Positions 57,680 to 64,000 of a stretch of 64,000 bases of DNA are shown piece after piece; the stretch's first letter is position 1, and the number at the start of each line of letters is the position of its first letter. The notes under the pieces were generated by a model that saw only the letters and a list, made by a program, of their open reading frames with translations, made no database searches and was not told where the DNA came from. This DNA comes from Azolla caroliniana (lineage: Eukaryota > Plantae > Polypodiophyta), in contig JBHGNT010000014.1 in NCBI GenBank assembly GCA_043228905.1, positions 14,012,001 to 14,076,000 on the forward strand. The letters are read 5' to 3'. Both the position numbers and the translations under genes were made by a program.

Positions 57680-60600
57680 TGAAGTGAGGAAATTATGCCT
57701 TAAGAGTATGCTCGCGTTTCCATGTGGCATCATCAATAGGTTTATCCATCCATTTGATCTTGAATAGCCGAATCTCTTTTGAACGTAAACGTTTAGTACG
57801 AGAATAAAGAATTTGTTCAGGAACATGAGGTTTGTAAGAAAAATACTCTAATGTTACAAGATCTTGGATTGTGATGGTGTTATTAGCAAAGCCTAAAAAT
57901 GGTTTTAGACAACTAACGTGAAAACAAGATGAATACCAACGTTACGAGGTAAGGCAAGGTGATAAACAGATGACCCAACTCGCTTAAGGATTTCAAATGG
58001 GCCACAATATAGTAGGGCTAACTTAGCGCACTTGCCCATAGACAATGACGTAGAGTTAGTGGGGACATGCAAAAAAATATTTTGACTAATAGTAAATGCA
58101 CGAGGACGTCTCTTCTGATCAACATAAAATCGAGCACGATCTTGAGTTGTCTTGACATTTTTTTTGGCAATATGCAACATTTTGTTCATCTCTTGCGAAA
58201 AAATGCATGCACTATCTAATGTATCACAATGAATCATGACATTGATTGAGGCACGTGGCTGAAAACCATACATCAACATAAAAGGACTATATCTAGTGGA
58301 TGTATGTTTAGAGCTATTATTGGCAAATTCTAAGATAGGAAGGTATTGCTCCCACTTAAAAGGGGATTTTTCTACATACGCTTGAAGCATGTCCTCCATA
58401 ATTTGATCAACTCGTTTAGTTTGTCCATTAGACTGAGCATGATCTGCGGAACTCATGCTAACAATAAAATCCATCGAGATACTTTCCCATTTGTTGTTGG
58501 GAATATCGAAGGGATGTAAAAGACCAACAACTTTAAGTCGTTCTCACTTATTAATCGGACATTGTAAGCATTGAGTTACGTATTTATGCACGTTAGAGCA
58601 CATCGAGATGAGAACGAGTGTGCGTTGTATTCCAAGATGACTTGTAGATGGTGCATCATGACATTCATGAAGAATTTTCTGTTTTACGTTTGGTAAATCT
58701 GGGACACAGACATTTCCACTACGGTAGAGCAAACCCTAATGTAAAAGGTCGCCTTCAAGGGTAGGTTGCTAGTAATGACATCTAAACCAGATTCGGCTTT
58801 TGTCCAGTATTTTGTGAAATAACTGTCATCAAGGTATTTCCCTCGAAGGTGATCTAAAAGATCAGATTTTATTTCCGCGAAGCTAAGCATGTTAACTTCT
58901 TTAATGCAACAAAGAGCATCTGCAACGATGTTCATAGAACCCTTGCGATACCGTATGAAAAAAACCAAATCTTGCATAAGGTCAACCCAACAGCCTTTAC
59001 AGCCAACAAGATCTGGTTGGGCACAAAAATACTTCAATGATTGATGGTCTGTTGTAACCACAAATTTATTTCCATAGGGATAGTGCCTCCATGTTTTAAG
59101 TGCATGTATTACTGCAAACAACTCTTTCTCTTGAACCGAATACCGAGATTGACCAACATCAAGCTTCTTACTTTCAAAAGCAATAGGGTGACCACCTTGA
59201 TAAAGAACGACACCAATAGCATAATCACTAGCATCGGTTTCGATTGAGAAAGGCTTAGAAGGGTCTGATAATAGAAAAGAGGGAACTTGACACACATTCT
59301 CTTTGAGTGTCTCAAATGATTTGTCAAGTTGTTCGTTCCATGCAATCGGTTTGACAAACATACGAGGATGACCTTTCCAAAGGTCATTTAATGGCATAAT
59401 CAATTTGGATTAGTTATGAATTTATTTTCATAAAAATCCAACAACCCTAAGAAAGATCACAGTTCACAAATATTAGGAGGAATGGCCAAAGTTTAACCTT
59501 TTCAATACGAGAAGGTTCAATTTCAACGCCATTTTCTGTATTTAAATGACCTAGATACACAATAGATTTTTGGAAAAAATCACATTTTGAATGTTTTGCA
59601 TAGGAAGAGTTGTCACGGAACTTTTGCAAAACAAATCGAACATGTTGAACATCATCTTGCAAGGTATGACTATATATCAAAATATCATCCAAGAAGACGA
59701 CAACAAAATCACCGAGTTGATCTCGGAAAACGTCATTCATCGCTTGTTGGTATGTGGCTGGAGCATTAGTCAAACCGAAAGGCATGCCAAAAAACTCATA
59801 ATGGCCATAGCGCATACGAAAAGTGGTTTTAGGAATATCGTCCTCGACAATACAAATTTGATGATAACCTGTATTTTCGTAAAATATCGGACCCCATGCA
59901 AACGATCAATCAAATCATCCACACGAGGTAATAGATATGCATTTTTAATTGTCATTTTATTCATACGGCGATAATTGATACACATTCGCCATGAACCATC
60001 CTTCTTCTTAACTAATAGAATTGGTGCACCCCAAGGTGTTCTACTATACCTAATGTGGCCCATACTAAAGTATTCCTTAAGTTATTTAGCGATCTCATCC
60101 TCTTCTAATCGATTAAGTCGGTAAGGTGGAATGCTCACAGGAGCAGCACCGGTGGTGACTTCAATTTGATGGTCCACATTATGTTTTGGTGGTAAAATAC
60201 GCGACAATTCGTTAGGAAACACGTCTTGAAAATCATCTAAAATAGAGTCGAGTAATCGTTGTTCATAATAACCCAATCAATGGACAAACAAGGGTTTTTA
60301 ATAATAAACCAAGGGTATCCTAAAATGACATCTGCGGATTGTAGTTTCATAACATGAAAGTCTAGCTTCTCCAAATAGGTATCTATTTGACTTGGTAGTT
60401 GACAAACAATGCCATTGATGTATTGAATGCTTCCATTTGCCATGTGAACTTGATAGATATGATCACTTGCATCTATGTGGAGTTTCATTTGATGCACAAA
60501 GTGATCATTAAGAAAATTGTGAGAACTACCAAAATCAAACAAGAAATGTGTTTGTGTTCCATTGATATACCTGACTACTCGAAGTAAATCATTAGGTCCA

Positions 60601-61577
60601 AGTAAATGGGAAGGAAAAGTGTTGTCACGAACTTAAGTGGTTGTTATGAACTTCAACAACATCAAAAGACTCACCTGTGTGACTCGTAGATTTGTCTTGA
60701 GGGGTGTTCAATGACTTCCTCTCAAGACGACGACAGGTATCCTTTGTGTGGCCCTACTTCTTGCAATATGCACAGAAGAGGTTCGGTTTCTTGGATTCGC
60801 AGTCAAGAGTGTCACTAGATTGCTTACATTTCCCAATGAACTTCACATTCAGAGTTTTGGTGAACTCAGGTTTATTGTGTTCTTTCTTGTAAGTAGAATG
60901 TTGACGACTTCCTCGAAAGTTGTGGGGTCCATGTCATGGAATATCCAATGGTAGTAATCCCCATTTGGAATACCATTAAAAAAGAAAGCAACAAACCATT
61001 TCTCACCCATAAGTCCCGATTTTTGGATCTCGGTCCGAGCATGATGCACATAATCCTCGAGAGAGGTAAATGGCTTCCTCGACAACATGAGCAAATGTTG
61101 TGCTTGTTCAGTTTGAGAAGGTGGCTGCAAAAACTATTTCTTAAAAACATCAATGAAACCTTCCCAAGTTGTGGGCAAGTTCTTTGTAGTCCTTAGGCCA
61201 CACCACCAAGCAGCAGCTCGGCCACCTAACTCACAACCGACATAAACAATTTTTACAGCATCAAGCTTGGGGTGGAGCTCAAAGTGAGACTCCCAACGAC
61301 CAAGCCAAGTGCCAATGGCCTCTTCGGTTCTTTCTTTCTTATCTCCCTTGAATGGCGTTACTACGAAAGAAGGTTCACCTTCTTTCTTGGACGCAATAGT
61401 CAATTCTTGGAATTTCTTTTCCAATGCCATATTGGCTTGCCTCATTTCGGCCAATTGATTCAAGGTAGTAATGAGCAATTGCTCAATAGTGATCTCAGCT
61501 TGTGTGCAAGATGCGGATTGGAGTTGAGAGGTCTCGGTCGGAGAGATCGCTCCAACAACGTTCAAAACTTGTTCCAT
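57680..61577 (-). pseudogene. J gag-PR-RT-RH-INT-chromodomain, heavily decayed
   Basis: [45 protein letters not shown], and chromodomain PEQILYSR..KIKWMDKPIDDATW. Confidence 0.92.
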
Positions 61578-62584
61578 GATGCAAGTTGTGGGTATGCAAT
61601 ATAAATAAGGAGGTTCAGAAAATACACAAGCAAAATGAATGCTTGAAATTTTGATTGTAAGAACTTTACCCCTCTAGACATATGAGATGTGATTCGAGAT
61701 CCGATAACTATGGTAACACTATGGTGTTTTAAAAACCATGGGGGAAATCATAGCTAAATGTCTGTCCCGGATCTCTATCTTGAATAATCATGGCGGCTCC
61801 CCAAGGCTCAACCATGGTTCTAACATCAATGTAGTTTCCTAGTTAGCCTTATATTAGAATGCCAACCCAACATGTATTGATGTGGTCGAGAAATCATATT
61901 ACATGAAAAAACAAGTGCACTCGTAAGTAATATTCTAGACATGCGAGTAACAAGCAAATGTTATGAAAAAAAGAAGAAAAATAAGTCACTATCTATAAGA
62001 GTCAAGAAGTGACGAAAACAAGGTTCAAAAACCATGTGTTTTCTACTAAAAAAAAATACCACCAATAAATAGATGGTGCGAGGTATGCACATATCCATCC
62101 CAATATGGCGATTGTAATGCGCACAATTGCGACATAAGCCACAAGTTGATACAAATGGTGGTGGTGTTGTGCGCGAAGATGTAGTACTCAAATTTATGAA
62201 TATTTAAACATCAATAGGGGAACTCATGTGTTTTTAATCAAGTTCTAAGGCTCAATTACATGAGTTAAACCTAGAGGACACTTTGGAAAAAATATTTAAA
62301 AAGCAGTATGATGCCCCCTTAATACGAAAAAAATAGACTACACAAAATCATTACCCAATAGGGAAACACATGTAAATAGTGTAGATGAACATAAAATTAA
62401 GGTTAAAAAAATAGTGGGGTGTGGGTGCGTAGATGAAAATCATAAGAAAATCTTAAGAAAGGGAGAAGATAACTTGTGTAATTAAAAAATAGGTAGAATA
62501 ATAATCAATTAGGTGTATGAACATTAAGCATGCGATAAGGTAAGAAACCCTAGGGTAGTCGACATGCACCTCCTGAAGACCACC

Positions 62585-62990
62585 ACATCCCATAGAATCG
62601 GTCAAGTAATTACTCAATAGAGACTAGAGTGGCATAGGTAGGCAAGATACACCTCATCAAGGCCACAACATCCCATAGAATCGGCCAAGTGATGGTTCAA
62701 TAAAGGGACGAGTCGCATACACAACATCATATGCAAAAGGGCCATGAGGTGAGCATGTGCGATTAGGCAAGCACAACATCCCATAGAATCGGCCAAGTGA
62801 TGGTTCAATAAAGGGAAGAGTCACATACACAACATCATATGCAAAAGGGCCATGAGGTGAGCATGTGCTCGACCCAATGCACAAGAATAATTATCATTGT
62901 AAGAGATGGCTCAAGAGAGGGGAGAGTGGCAGATACATCACAATATTGAAAAGGGCCATGAGTTGAGCGTGTGTGATTAGTGCAAACACC
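62585..62990. repeat. 108-bp tandem repeat (2 well-preserved plus degenerate units) in the J 5' UTR
   Basis: CACAACATCCCATAGAATCGGCCAAG at 62664 and 62772. Confidence 0.85.
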
Positions 62991-64000
62991 AAGGCCCAAT
63001 GCACAATAATAATTAAAATTGTAGCATGGTAGAAAGTAGAAAGAAAGAAAATAAAATGTAATACAAATTTGATTCGACCAAGAAGAACGCATCATAGAAA
63101 AGGAGAGAGAGATCGAGAAAGAAGAATACCTGGTTAAGAATGTTGTTTTGATCCTATGAAGAGCATGAAGAGGCTTATTAGGTCCCCATTTCTCACATGC
63201 AAAAAACATCAAAACAACAAAAAAAAATTGTTACTAAATGCTTTGATACCACTCTTAAGAATCTATTACTAATCAGTAGACCAAAGTAAAGTGAAATAAG
63301 GAAAATTGATTGGATAGAAGAACCCGTTCCACCCAACCACCTTTGAGCTATGATCTAGACATAGCCAACCTACCACCGACGTCCCATACCGTCAGATATT
63401 AGGATGACTAACACCTTGGAAGAGATAAACACGATCGTCGAGATGAAAGCCTAGCCTGCACCACCGGTGTCTCAAATAGCAGCCTTCTGACGTAATGTCC
63501 TTATGAGGGTAGCTAAGCCTCATATTTATACCTTTTCGTAGGCCCCTTGGATAGATGTGCCTTTCTAAAAGGCTCTCCATTCATTGGTTGCCCAAATCAT
63601 GATAGTGCATGCACCTATCATTCCTTTTATCCAATCACATTAGCCCCTTTTTTAACATTAGTTAACATACCCTTCACTAATGTAAATATTAGTGACCTAC
63701 CCTCACCAACGTTATGTGTACATAACACCATGGAATTATGGCTAGGTGGACTATGAGATCTGAAATCATAAATGCTCTATTGCTTAGGGAACCTGCTAAT
63801 CAAATGATGACAATGGAGAAGTGGATAGGATACAAGGAGGAGGGTTCTTTGACCCCAAGAGGTAGGGAAACACCGGATAAGAGAAAAGGCCATGAATTGT
63901 GAGACAATGAGAAACTAACATTGAATATGGCAATTCGAGTACTCACACATAAATCCCAATCTGATCAAAGTATAACCAGAATGGCACATATGTACTCATG

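Larger units (their letters stand above)
57365..63727 (-). mobile_element. Element J: old chromovirus-type Ty3/gypsy
   Basis: LTRs 57365-57645 and 63253-63727, TSD CCATG, iMet-type PBS TGGTATCAAAGC (63240-63251), PPT near 57646. Confidence 0.93.

Noticed and set aside
63733-64000. Possible continuation of the LINE after J
   Set aside because: No recognisable motif in 268 bp; left unannotated.

Overview
This window is eukaryotic heterochromatin with no host genes. The element types and PBS sequences suggest a land plant, probably non-seed (inference). It is a deeply nested stack of retroelements. The base layer is a decayed L1-type LINE RT fragment (56738-57359), which received a chromovirus (J, 57365-63727) and an Arg-tRNA-primed Ty3/gypsy (G). 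G received C (Trp-primed gypsy, + strand), F (Arg-primed gypsy) and H (Trp-primed gypsy, in G's LTR). C received LTR B (which received gypsy A), a tandem three-LTR gag-only element (D1) and a near-intact gypsy (E). F received a second gag-only copy (D2). H received a copia (I) and a solo LTR (K). Most boundaries are fixed by TG..CA ends and target-site duplications (TSDs). The main unexplained signals are: (1) E and F have no polypurine tract next to the 3' LTR, but a conserved tRNA-Arg 3'-end mimic ending in CCA two nt before it, with a compensatory hairpin; (2) E and F share an extra ~950-aa ORF after pol; (3) F captured the 3' end of 25S rRNA in place of gag; (4) the Trp-primed family has CpG-centred 4-bp TSDs, a likely -1 frameshift between protease and RT, a conserved pre-PPT hairpin, and tRNA-like A/B boxes in its LTRs. 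All alignments were made by eye and tRNA/rRNA matches are from recalled consensus sequences; no database searches were run.
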